Part shown: positions 12,751 through 25,320 of the stretch, piece after piece
Numbering within the stretch: the first letter of the stretch is position 1
How the letters are laid out: each line of letters starts with the position of its first letter
Assembly (NCBI GenBank): GCA_012295275.1
Contig: CM022672.1
Location: 16,120,001 to 16,184,000 of the forward strand
From: Chrysomallon squamiferum
Lineage: Eukaryota; Animalia; Mollusca
DNA length: 64,000 bases
Direction of reading: 5' to 3'
The notes under the pieces: generated by a model
What the model saw: the letters and a program-made list of their open reading frames with translations, nothing else
Told to the model about the DNA's origin: nothing
The model's database searches: none
Translations under genes and position numbers: made by a program

Positions 12751-14414
12751 CAATCCTGAGGTCACGAAACCATACAAACAGGAAAGAAAAAGTATTAAAA
12801 TTAAAGAGAATTTCAAAACTGAAACTGTAGACTAGAATTAATGGGGAAAAGAAATATCAAAATTAATTCATTGTCTTAATGTGTTACTCACAACAGCCTT
12901 AAAGAATTAAGCTGTTATGTTTTTATACATCATTCTTTTCATACAATCAATATAACATGCTGTGCAACTTCATATATTTAACTTTATCTATTGCATCATG
13001 AATTTGAAATGCTTCACAATCTTTTTTAATTTATGTATTTTTTCGTTTTTCACAGGGATTTTAATATTGTTTTATTATTAATATTATTATTTTATTTTTT
13101 ATTTATTTTAAATTTTTTAAAGTTTTAAAATTATTATTATTATTTATTTATTTATTTTTTAATTTATTTTTTTTATTATTATTGTTTTTGTAGGAAGAGA
13201 GAAAAATTCGTTATTTTTACTTGTTTTGCTTTCTGTTTACTTTTGTTTCATTTCTTATGTATCTTAGCTTTTTTTTACAGATTATTTATTTTATTTTTAT
13301 TTTTTATTTTTTTTATTTATTATTTATTAGTTATTATTTATTTTTTTACATTATTCTTTTGTTAATATTATTATTATTTAAATTAAAAAAATTTTAAATA
13401 TATTTTATACAACTTTTTTCTTAACAGTTTGCATATACTCCAAAAAAGTTAATTTTAATCATTTATGAATGTTTTCATTTTATATTACCTAAAACTTTTT
13501 TTCCCCATTTCATTAAATGTCATGACATGACATCTATAAATGTGATTTAAAAAAAGACATTCTTTTTTCACTTGCTGTAATATAATCAAGGAAAAAACCA
13601 TAAATTTATATAACACCTGAATACAAAAGCTACTCCCCCAAAATGGTTTATTCATTACCATATAAAACCACTTGGCTGAAGGAAAAAATGTAAATTAAAA
13701 CAAAACTATACTGTTTAAAAAAAACAAAAAAAAGATAAAAGTGTCCTTAAATTCAATTTCAGACAAAAAAAAAATAAAAAATAAAATAAAATATGCAGAT
13801 ATTTCAAATTCATTTGTCTCTTAGTCACTAAGCAAAAAAGAAAAGAAAAGGAAGCAAAATGAAGAAAACAAGAGATAAATTAAAAAGTAGAAGTGTAATA
13901 AAAAAGAAAAAGAAAAGAAAGGAAGATAAAATGAAAAACAGAATTAATAAAAAATATTGCCAATATCCACATTACATGTACATTCAGACATACGTACAGA
14001 CAAAATAATTTTAAACATGTATACTCAGAGACAATGTGTGTGTGTGTGTGTGTGTGTGTGTGCCAAAAAGATACACAAACATAAAGATCAACATGTATAT
14101 ATACACATGAACATAAATATGCACATAAACAGACAAACATACACACAGGGACATTTAATGGAAGAGAAAGACAACATATAAAACATCACTCAAACACACA
14201 TGAAACTGCTGTTAACATGGGCTGATGAGAACAATGCCAAACATGAAGAAACTGAGAGGGAGGAGACTACATTTGACTGCTAACACAACAAAAAGTGAAA
14301 CCTCGGAACTTGGCCTCACTGCTGCAACACATGTTCCCTGTTACCCACAACATTCATAATGTTCTCTTCCCAATGTAACCATATAACCATTGCAACCACC
14401 CCCACCTCTCCACA

Positions 14415-14432
14415 GGGTCAAAGGTCAGATAA
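14415..14432 (+). promoter_or_regulatory. Nuclear-receptor DR1 element (GGGTCA A AGGTCA) overlapping a GATA site (AGATAA)
   Basis: Exact match to the RGGTCA-N-AGGTCA DR1 consensus bound by HNF4/COUP-TF/RXR-class receptors, in a GC-richer block (about 14200-14490). Confidence 0.4.
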
Positions 14433-14492
14433 GTGTTTGGAGGAGTAAAAGAATAGGCCCTCTTTGCTGGAACTATAAAAGTTCTGCCGTTT

Positions 14493-14578
14493 GCTAGGCT
14501 GTACGCTAGGCTTTATGCTAGGCTGTATGCTTGGCTGTATGCTAGGCTGTAGGCTAGGCTGTATGCTAGGCTGTATGC
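14493..14578. repeat. 12-bp tandem repeat (GCTAGGCTGTAT), about 7 units
   Basis: Visible 12-bp period; explains the QPSI repeats in ORF 14418..14612. Confidence 0.9.
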
Positions 14579-14806
14579 AGTAACTGAGGTGTAAAATAAA
14601 ACCTAATTTCAAAGATTTCTTTCTTTTTTTAAATTTTCAGTTCTAAGGCTGTGTAATGTAAAAGTCAGTTTTCAGAGGTTAAATAATTCTGAGGTTACCA
14701 TCTTCTGTTTCTTTTTTAAGTTCTTTTTTAAAATTCTGAGGTTGTGTAATATAAAACCTATTTTTCAAAGATTCATTTTCTTCTTTTCAGTTCTGAGGTT
14801 ACCTAC

Positions 14807-14834
14807 CGTCTTCTGATTCATCGCTCTAATGAAC
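14807..14834 (-). other. Possible 28-nt non-coding (5'UTR) micro-exon
   Basis: tttcaaaatgttgtatcacag|GTTCATTAGAGCGATGAATCAGAAGACG|gtaggt with two CpGs, 2.5 kb upstream of the 12307 exon. It abuts a degenerate local repeat, so it may be chance. Confidence 0.2.
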
Positions 14835-16089
14835 CTGTGATACAACATTTTGAAATAAATCAGAAACTGAATCTATCCATGTGTTTGCAAACAGACAGGA
14901 AGGATTTCAGGACTGTTATGACACCCCATACATCATTTGAAAACAGCAACAGATGCACTTACACCACATGTACAAACACACATATTTATTTATTCTTTTT
15001 GTTATTGTTATGTTAATTACTTTTTTCTTTCTTAAAAATTAATTATTTGTGAACTTTATTATGATGATGATGATGATGATGATTATAATTATTATTATTA
15101 TTGATATTATCACCATCATCATTATTTTTATTTTTATCTATTTTTATCATGTTCATTATATTTATTTTTTCATTTTTTTCTAAATTTAAATTGTTTTAAT
15201 TCTGTTTTCAGAGTCCATACATGCCCAGATGTCATCACCTCTTAAACTGATTAATTTAATCTGACATGGCGATGTCTTTGCCAGTCATCTGCTCTATGTG
15301 AAACATCAAAGTCAATTTAAAACATTATCTAAAAACAGGCCGTCTTAATTCAACATGTAGTTAAAAATAGGAACTTCTTGACACACTTTCAAACAGACTT
15401 TTTTTGTTTTTTTCTTACGTAGGATGCATTTCAGAACAGCAATCTGCAGCTTATATTTTAAAAAGTAGTAGCAGAGAATCTTTTCCAGCAGAGAGGAGAG
15501 AACATAACACAGATTTTGATATCCAGTAAATAACTTTTGTTAGAATGCTAAATAATCCAGTGAGTGCATTAAAGTCAAATGATCTTCTGACCCATCATTT
15601 TACTCAAATGATTTTTAAAAATGTCTGGACAGTACACACCTATGATTTTTAATGATCAGTTACACAGACAAACAGAGCTACCCACCATAGAGGATAGATC
15701 CAGAAAGCCATCATATTGAAGGCAAATGCCATATCAATTTACCAACAGTTTTTTTAAATTTTTATTATTGCTACTGCTAATCTTATAGTGCCTATATTAC
15801 CCAGTGTAGAATTCTATTCATTTATGTAAAATCTTACCTGTGTTATTTTTAGTGAGTACATTTATTATACTGTTATTTGTCTAGAAGAAGACAGTGTCAC
15901 GCAGTTCTTAGACAGATGCTGTTTTAAATTTCAGAGATAAGACTATAAATAAAATCAGCTTGGTGGTGAACATATGAATGGATATTTGTTTACTGATATT
16001 TCAACATATTTCTAAATAAAATAAAAGAATTATTGGGCATTAGTTATCTTTCAATATGAAGTTGATAAAACTGAGAGAAAAGCTCAGGG

Positions 16090-16335
16090 ATGTCATTCTT
16101 GAGGCTATCACTACTGATTAGCAAAAACATATTGTTTACACTTTCCATTTAGGCAGGGAAGTAATTACCATGGTTTTTGATAAACTTTCCTATATAAATA
16201 ACAAAAATCTGCTGTTGTTACCACTCGGGCAATTCATAGCAGTTAAGTATTTTTTATATACACCTTTACAAGGCAGGTCAGCACAACCCACAACTTTGAT
16301 GATCAAATGTGGAGTCTAGTTTGGAACAGGATACA
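16090..16335 (-). mobile_element. Two decayed inverted copies of the same repeat family
   Basis: Reverse complement shows TATCAAAAACCATGGTAATTACTTCCCTGCC and TCCTGTTCCA...ATCAAAGTTGTGGGTTGTGCTGACCTG. Confidence 0.4.
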
Positions 16336-19300
16336 TTGAATGAGTTACTGACAATATTTCCTGCACCCATTATAACCAAAGCTAGCTGAGTCTAACCAAA
16401 GAGATACAGCCTTTTTACTTACAGGTTAAACAAATAATCTTCACTTCAGCATAACAGTTAAAATATATCATTATATACACTTAAACATTTTCACTTCAGA
16501 GCACATACTAAGATACAAAGAGTTAAATATATATTTCTTTGAATTCACTTTCAGTTTCATTTTATTTTGGAAACTTTATCCGTCAGCCTTTTTCAGTTAA
16601 TTAGAAATGAAAGAAAGAAACAGTTGACATTTTATTTAATGTACCACGGTTAACAATTAAACAAACAAGAATTATTTTTCTAAAAATATCCATTATATGA
16701 GACCTTGCATTATTACAACAACAAAAAATTTCCTTTTTAAGAGAGTAAAACCTTTTAAATATTTAACCTTGAGCAATGCATGTCATAATCTGTGGTTTCT
16801 TGTCATCTACTGAAATCAAAGCTAACTCCACACCATCAGTAATTACTGAGTCATTGTACTGTAAAATCTTTTACCTTCAGCTGACAAATAAAATTACACC
16901 AATTTCCACATCACCCATAATTAAAGAGTCATTACATTGCAGTGAAAACAGAAACCAAATTAAATCATTTTTCACATAAAAACCTTAAAGAAAAATAATA
17001 TTAAGTCACTGAATTTGCCATAATATAAATTTATTTCACTGACAAGTGAAATTATAGCCAGCTCTGTACTATCAATAATTATGTGTACTGTAGTAAAAAT
17101 GAAAATGAAAATGAAATAAATAATAAAAAAGTTTTATGTTTTTTTTTTTATCTCGGATGTAGTATTTTTGTATTTCTTTAAATACAAAAGGTAAAATTTG
17201 AATGTGTTTTAACATGATCTACAGGCATCACATAATCCTCTTTACCCAAATACAAGAGAAATAAGTCATATAATAATCTGAATAGTAAATACCACAAGCA
17301 ATTTCAGAGCAAGTGTCTTTCAAAAAGAGAAAAAAAATGCCGGTTCTGCATAATTTAAACTTCATGGGTTTATCTTCAACAACTTTCATACACATATTAA
17401 GATAAAAAGAAAATCTAAAATCCAGTTTGCTTTAATCTTTTCAGAACAGCAAAACCCTTCACAAAAGGTCAAGATCTGCCCCTGTAAATTACAACATAAT
17501 TTTCATTAATGTTTTCAGTATTTCAAACACCCACACAAATATGTTTGTATCTGCTCTAATGCACTGCAAGCTAATTTTATATTTTCAGCATAGATTTTAC
17601 TTCTGTCCTTGACTGAATAAGAATATCCTCAAGTAAAAAGTGTTGAATGATGATGAAAAACAAAACACAAAGAGAATATTTAATGGAAATGGAAATGGAA
17701 GAAGGCATATCATTTATATACGCTTACTATTGTCATGTCATATTTAATTTCAGTAATGTCTGTTTATTTCAAAACTATTTTACGTTGCCTTGAATAAAGT
17801 ACAATTCAATCAAATTACATAAAGTACGAATGAGTGAAACTATTACAGCAGCTACATAACATGTTAAAAAACAGTTAAACCTCAGTGTAAGTGTACAGCG
17901 CAATTAAATTATACAAAAGAATGGCTGAGATAACATTATAAATCCCTCAAAGAAAATAATGTGAACCATAAAACTGCCTCAAAATAAGCATTACAGAAGA
18001 ATATGCCTCAACAAAGTGTACAACATGAGCAGATTACCCAAAAGTATGGCAGGGAGAAAATTATACAACTGTATGGCATGCCTCATAGCCTGCAGACTCT
18101 CAGCTTAACTGGAACTGACAATTTGATGTTTAACTGCAGCTGCCAAAATTCCCATCTGGCTTGGCAGAACAATGTGTAACATTGTAACACTGTGATATCA
18201 CTTCTCTCTTTGATCTGTGTGAACAGCCAAACAACACACACAAAAAAGAACCACCAAAAAATACAGCATCTGTGCTCTATGTTAAAAAATAGAATAATAA
18301 AAAAAAACACCATTATATAGTGGCTGTAAGGACCAATCTAGATAAGCAACGACTATCTGTTTCCAGTTTAATCAGATTCCGTTACAGCCTATTTAATTAT
18401 CCAGTGTTCAATATAATCATTCCTTGATTTAAACATTCACTCTAGTCTTAATGTATTTCATCTAGTTACTACTAGAATCAACAAATTCATCTTTAGTTTC
18501 AGCTTGTCATTCCAGTATTTAACCTAGTCACCATATATTCAATGTGGGTAAGTGTGTATTTCAAGCAACTCACAGTAAATTCAATTCTGTCAAAACCAAA
18601 TTCAACCAGACACCACTGAAGCCTCTAGTCATCATTAGACTGAACCTAACTGTCCCTGAAACAATCTAGTCAACATCTGATTCTAACTAATACCAATGAT
18701 TCTACCAAGTTATTACCAAATTCTAAAAAAGTCAGAACAAAACCCAATCCAGTCAGAATCAAGTCTAATCCAATCAAAATCAATTCTAATCAAAAACACT
18801 GCTTTTGTTTGTTTTTTCTTTTGTTTCTTTTGTTTCTATTATTTATTTATTTGTTGCTTTTTACCTTTTCCTTCAGTCCAATACCGTAACTGCAAAAATG
18901 TCAACAATAACTTTATTTTATTTATTTTATTTTCCTCTCTGCTTTACAGTTTTTTGTTTTTTCTCTCTCTCCCTCTTCCTCTCTGACTAACTCAACAATA
19001 ACTGGTGAATAAACACGAACAAGACTGTAACAATTCCACCAGTCTTGTATGTGATTTCGTGCATCTGGCTGCTGCTATGTGTTGTGTGTGTGTGTTGGGC
19101 TCGCATATGGTTGCCATTACATTCTTCCTACATCATTTGAAAAGCTTTCCATTTATTACTGCCAAGTACTGCTGATGTTTTTTAAATGACGTAAACAATC
19201 ATTAGGGGCCCTGTGTCACTGCAGTGTGGAAATGGAGGAAGACTTTTACTGTTCCAGCTTTGTTACTTGATACACCAGGTCGACTCCCCACTAAGCCTGG

Positions 19301-19759
19301 GAGAATAGCCACTTTTCACTTTGTAGAGTTTAGAGTGAACAATAAAAAATGTGCATTTCAGAAACACATTATGGTTAAATGAAGGGCAGTGAGTCAAGTA
19401 TCCTTGAGGAATTGGAGATATTAAGAATATATATAGAAATATTTTTCCTAAGTTTGTAGAGATGTCACTGGCCCTACTTCACATTGTAAAACAATCATTC
19501 ATAACTTTTTATTATAACATTTTGCTGTGCCTGTTAATTAATTGAACTATGCATCTGTTTTGTTTCTGCCACATGAAGTATGATAACCATTTCTAATCCA
19601 GTAAGAGGACTGGTATAACCATTCAGGTGTATTGTAACCACTCACAGTCTTTAACAATTATTTAAACTATTTATTTCATGGCATTTTAATCTGTAATCTC
19701 GGTATACATGGCCTGATACCCATTCACAACTTACTCCTCAATTGTATCACATATTGTGT

Positions 19760-20640
19760 TTATAATATTAATTAAACCATCTATGTTTATGTTAAATATA
19801 TGAAACCATTAACAACTTATCAATTGCAGTACTTAAAACATCTAATACCTACCTGCTTTACATCACATTCAACTGTATGAAACTTTTCATAATTCAGTCA
19901 TATAATTATCATCAATTTCAATACTTAATTAACATTATATATTATCTGCGCATTTGTAACTTATTCTTCTGTAGTATTAACTAAGCCATCTATTTTGTCT
20001 CAACCATGCAAAACTATTCATAACTCAGTGATATGATCATCATCAATTGCAATACTTAATTAAAAATATATACTATCTGCTTCATGTGACATTTATAATT
20101 TATTCTTCAGTGGTATTATACATTGCATCTGTAGCATTAATTATAGCATCTATTATTGTCTCAAATTTACAAAACTGTTCATAACTCAGTGATTATATAA
20201 TCATAATCAATTGCAATGCTTAACAAAAAGAAAATCTAATATCTGCTTTACATGACATGCTGCCCATTCATGTCTTACTCCACTCCAGTGGTATTACTCA
20301 TTTTGTCTCAACTGTACATGTTGCTGTTCATTACTTGCCATTCAGAGCTATTATGACCTACCTCTGCGTCTATAATGGGAATTCAACAAACTGCCAATTT
20401 ATTTTGATTTGTAGTATTATAACCATTCACAGCTTACTGCTAAGTGGTATTATAATCTTCCATTTTATCTACAGCAATAATTAAACAGTCTATTTTGTCT
20501 CCTCTATATTTGACAAGATAAAGCATTCATAACCATCTACAAATGGGAATTAAACAATCTATTTTGCTTCCTTTGTATTTGTTAAGATAAACCATTCATA
20601 ACTTGTCCTCCATTGGTGTTATAACCTTCACTGCAGTCTA
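19760..20640. repeat. Old degenerate tandem array (period above 100 bp)
   Basis: TTCATAACTCAGT...ATCAATTGCAATACTTAA and CATCTATTTTGTCTC / AACCATTCATAAC motifs recur. Confidence 0.65.
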
Positions 20641-21390
20641 CATTGTCTTGTTCTAACCATTCATATCAAACCCTTGACCTTGACATACAAGTGTCTACCT
20701 TGTTACTTTATTGAGTTTCATTAATTGATCCCAACACTTAATGTGCTACGTGTCAACTGATTAATCAATATCATTGTCTGTAAAGATAAAAATCTCATAG
20801 TCTTGGTCTCTCTGGCCTTTGGGTTAAAAAAAATAAAAAAAAGAACGTCATTGCTTATAGATTAAACATCAGTATGTCACTGAAGAACAATGTGCGTGAT
20901 AAAACAGACTGTCTTAAAGCCTGGGGATCTGAAGGTAATCTTTTGGGGGATATAAATTAAATCTTTGAAAAATACAAAGTCTTGATGCTTCACTGGTTAA
21001 GTTATCAGCTTTACCTAAGCAAGAACTGGGATGAAATGTGCATCAACAGAAAACACAGTGTATCTACTAATAGGATATGTGTTTTCCTCTTTAAATCAAA
21101 GTGTATGAAAGAGAAAATTTACTGTGAATCAAATATGGGGTTGTGGCAATGGATTTATTAATTCTGTCATTTTTAATATCTGTATGGCTGTGTGTGTATT
21201 GGAGTATGTATATGTGTATATGTACATCTAAAAATATATGTGGGGGTATGGATTATGTCTGACCATTAATAATAAAATGTTGCAGACATGACTATAAAAA
21301 TTTATATTTTTAAATTCTTATTCCTCTGTATGATGTAGGTTTTTATTGTTGTTTAAATTACAAAATGCTGTTACTGTTTGATTTATCTAC

Positions 21391-21449
21391 CTCAGAGGGG
21401 GGGGAGGGCTCTACTTGTTTCTCAGAGGGGGGGAGGGCTCTACTTGTTT
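21391..21449. repeat. 30/29-bp direct tandem duplication containing a G-run
   Basis: CTCAGA(G)nAGGGCTCTACTTGTTT twice, differing by one G. Confidence 0.9.
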
Positions 21450-23245
21450 TATCAAAGTGAACAAGGTCAAGTGTGCTGTCCTTGACAACCAAACTGAGTT
21501 TAAATTAGCTGACACTTATCTCCAACCCGAGAAACAGTTTTATAAATTTCTTTACAAGAGAATTAAACCTTGAACTGCAATAAAATTAGTTTTATTTAAA
21601 GATTTGATCTCTATAAGAAGCAAGGTGTAGCTTGAAGATAAAGAATAAAGTGAAAAAAAAAAAAAAGTTTCTGTGGATTTCTGGTTAAATTCTTCTGACT
21701 GGATGCAATTATTATTATTTTGTTCATTTTTTAACTTAAACATTTTGTTAATTCAGTCTTTTTCAAAATTATTTTTTTATGATCTTTTATCATCATCATC
21801 ATCATCATTATTATTATTATTATTATTTAAATCTTTATATTGTTTTTTTTGCAGACATATCATGTTTTAAGGAAATGGATAAGTATTTTATTATTTATCG
21901 TTTTTTTAATTTTACTTCTTCACTATTCACTTCTTCCTTGGGATTCCTAAATCAAACAGATTATCAATAACTAAATATGAAAAATCTGTAATATCCCTTT
22001 AGAAATGCAACCACACAATTAAAAAACAAACAACATCCTGCATGTTACATTAATTTAAGACTGCAACAAAAAAAAACTAAAAATAGCCAGCCTACAAATT
22101 GCATTAACTGCCACCAATTTCAATAATAATCAAACATTGATGACAAAAAAGCTATCTGCATTTCAATATATGAAAACAGTCAATAGTTTTCATGTCTTTC
22201 ATAATCTGCAGTTAACATTAGGCAATGATCAATACATCTTTACTGTGTTGAGAAAATGTGAGATAAAGAATTCTATTAAAGACACGAATGTAACATTAGG
22301 TCAACACCAAAAAAAGAAATTAATACAGATTTAAATCAATAAACTTTGTGCAGATGAATTTTGATACATTTGAAATATAATTTGATTTAACTCAAGTATG
22401 GAAACATGTGTGAGTATGTGTATGTATGGGAATAAGTCAGTGAGTGTGTCTGTGTGATTCTTTGTTTTATGAAACAGGACATCTGTTGCCCCAACAAGAG
22501 CTCTTTTAACCTTCAGCAGGAAGTTACCTTTAACATGCGCCTTCCCATAAACAATCGTATACCATGGTAAAGATTACTGGAAAAGTAAAATATTCTCTAA
22601 CGAGGTTTGATCTGATGACAGTTTACACTTCAGGCTTCAACTCTAACCACTAAGCTATAGCATCAACTCTACAAAGTATTAAAAGATCAATGGTGGAATA
22701 AAAATGTTCCAGGAAATTTAACGAAAATTTCAGCCAAGAAAACTCAATCAATTACATAATGAAACTTAAATCTTCATCTTGATAATGCAAGCGTATGACT
22801 TGTTTTGTTGCTATAATCAGAAATAAAGACAAAAATAGTCACTAAGAGAAATTAAATTTTTTGCTTGGGGAACCATGAAAGATTTTCAAATTGTTTTCTT
22901 TTAAGTAATTTTAATCCATTACACAGTGCATTTTTCTATTTTTTTATTTTTTATTTATAATTATTTTTTCTCCACAAATCAAAAAATCAAATGGAGTAAT
23001 ATAGTCAGTTTTTCTTTTTATTTTCTTTTTGGTTTTTTCTTTATTTATTTTACTGATTTAAAAAATCATTATTATTATTGCTAATTATTAAAAAAAAAAT
23101 CCATATTCTCACTTAGTGCCAAGTAACACTTTTCAAAATAATAATAATCATAACCTACAAAAAACATACACAGCAGATATTTGTCAAATATCTTTACAAA
23201 CAACAATAACAAAAATTAAAAAAAATTAAATCCCAGAAAACAAGT

Positions 23246-23276
<31 letters not shown>

Positions 23277-23621
23277 GACTGATAAATAATAAAATCCCTG
23301 TGAGAAATTATCAGTAAATTAGAAATAAAAGATTCTCCTCTGTTATAATAAACAGTTCATTACCAGTGTTAACACAACAAACCAGGAAGGGTCTGAACAC
23401 ATGCTCAGAGGTAACAGAGAGTTGAACATCCTGGGGAGACTGTTTGTCAACACCCTGGCCTCAAACCAACAGGTTAAGTATAATAAGTCTACATACATCT
23501 TCTTTTCACAGACACTGCAATTATAAAACTGTGCAAAGCCCACCACAGCCTCCACCCACCTACCACCTTTCTGTTATCAGCAGATGTGCTTTTGTTTATC
23601 ACCGTGTGTATGAGTAAGTCT

Positions 23622-23673
23622 GCATGTGTGTCTGTGTGTGCATGCGTGTGTGTGTGTGTGCGTGCGTGCATGC

Positions 23674-23705
<32 letters not shown>

Positions 23706-23708
23706 GTA
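23622..23708. repeat. Interrupted (GT)n/(GC) microsatellite
   Basis: Direct inspection; source of the four overlapping CV/HT-rich ORFs. Confidence 0.95.
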
Positions 23709-24134
23709 CATGTACATGGGCAGGTTTATGTATTACCACTTTACAGCCTTTCTCTTGTGCACTACATCTATCTATCCTTCTCTCTCTTTTTTTCATTTTT
23801 CTCTATCGTCCCTTTTCTTTTCACCCAGACTCTGTCTCTCTTTCTGCTCACCCATCTTTCCACATTTCACTTTTCATTTTTCTCTCTGTCTCAGTCTCTT
23901 TCTCCAGTTTCCACGAATGCCTAAAAGTTTCGTCTTAAGCCAAGTGCAGCCAAGTCAGTGTTATATTGCATTCCTGTGATTCAGTGTTCAATGCACGCAC
24001 ATTCCTCTCAGCTCTGGATGGGAGACTCCTGTACACTGAACACAAAGTTCTGTGGCTAAGTTAGAGTCATTTCTGACAACAACAAAGTAAATACACACTC
24101 ATTAAGTCTGAAACCTCCATGTATTGAAAGACAG

Positions 24135-24565
24135 GCTGAAGATTAATGTTACTGTAGTGTTTAAGAATAGACGTATAAGTTAGAACTGAATAATTTAGCA
24201 GAACTGAGGGGCAAAAAAAATGAGGCTGTAGTTTATAAGTAGAAAAGGCAAAGACTCATGTTATTTACATTATATCTGTTTAAGATGGCAAACTACAATA
24301 GAATAATTTAGCTAAACTGAGAAATAGATATACAAAAAAAAATCAACCTTATATTTAAAATCTTCATTCTGTAGTCCACAACAGAAATGGCAAAGATTAA
24401 AATTATTGTCATGTTTAAGAATAAAACTGAATAATTTAGTTAAACTGAGAAAAAATACAGAAAATTAAAGCTGCAGTTTATCACTAGAAAAGGAAAAGAT
24501 TAATGTTATTCATTCCATATCTGTTTAAGAAGACATACAACAATTGAATAATATACTAAACTGGA
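24135..24565. repeat. Degenerate tandem array of roughly 120 bp, about 4 units
   Basis: GAATAATTTAG..AAACTGAG and AAAGATTAATGTTA..TGTTTAAGA recur. Confidence 0.7.
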
Positions 24566-25139
24566 AAAAAATAAAAAAATAAAAAATAAAAATATACATG
24601 TATTATCAAGCCATGGTTAGTTAGAAGGAAAACATGTTTTGTTCTGTAAACTTGATCTACTTAGTCACACACACAGACAGACACTCTGGTTTCAAATATT
24701 ACTAAATATGTACACATCACAAGTCTAAGAAATATATGTGCTGGATATCAGTTTACAACAATAACAGGATACAGTTACATTTAATAATTAGTTTTATGTT
24801 CATTTACATTTTGTACTGTATGTGTGTCTTGTTGGTGTGTGTGTGTGTGTGTGTGTTTATACATATACATACACATCCACACAAAGTACAAAATATAAAA
24901 TAAATATAAAAATGTCAAATTTAACATGAAAAAAATAACATGTTACTGCCACAGATGCCTACTCTTTATCAATTAGCTGAAAATGAACTTTTATATTTTC
25001 AAAAACAGGAAAGCACATACCTCAGTATTTATTAAATGAATAATGAGACACTGATTGGAAAAAGAAACAGAAAACAGAGGTGAGAAATATCCCTGCAATC
25101 TACAATACCTCAGAGTGCTTTAATTGGATTATAATTTTC

Positions 25140-25320
25140 CTTGGTGTTAGTTCTACAACAGCCAAATGGAAACAAGTGCTGAAGAAAAGACCATGGTATG
25201 TGCTCTCCAGTCTATACAAATCTGCATGTAAAAATATTTTAAAAAGTAAAAAAAAAAAAGCTCTGGTGAACAACGGTATCACTCATTACAGCAGTTTTCC
25301 TTTCTTTTCGTATCATTATT
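25140..25320 (+). mobile_element. Decayed copy of the same interspersed repeat
   Basis: AAAGACCATGGTATGTGCT identical to the 47.09-kb copy. Confidence 0.55.

Noticed and set aside
21391-21449. Functional G-quadruplex
   Set aside because: The G-runs come from a simple recent 30-bp duplication; nothing indicates function.
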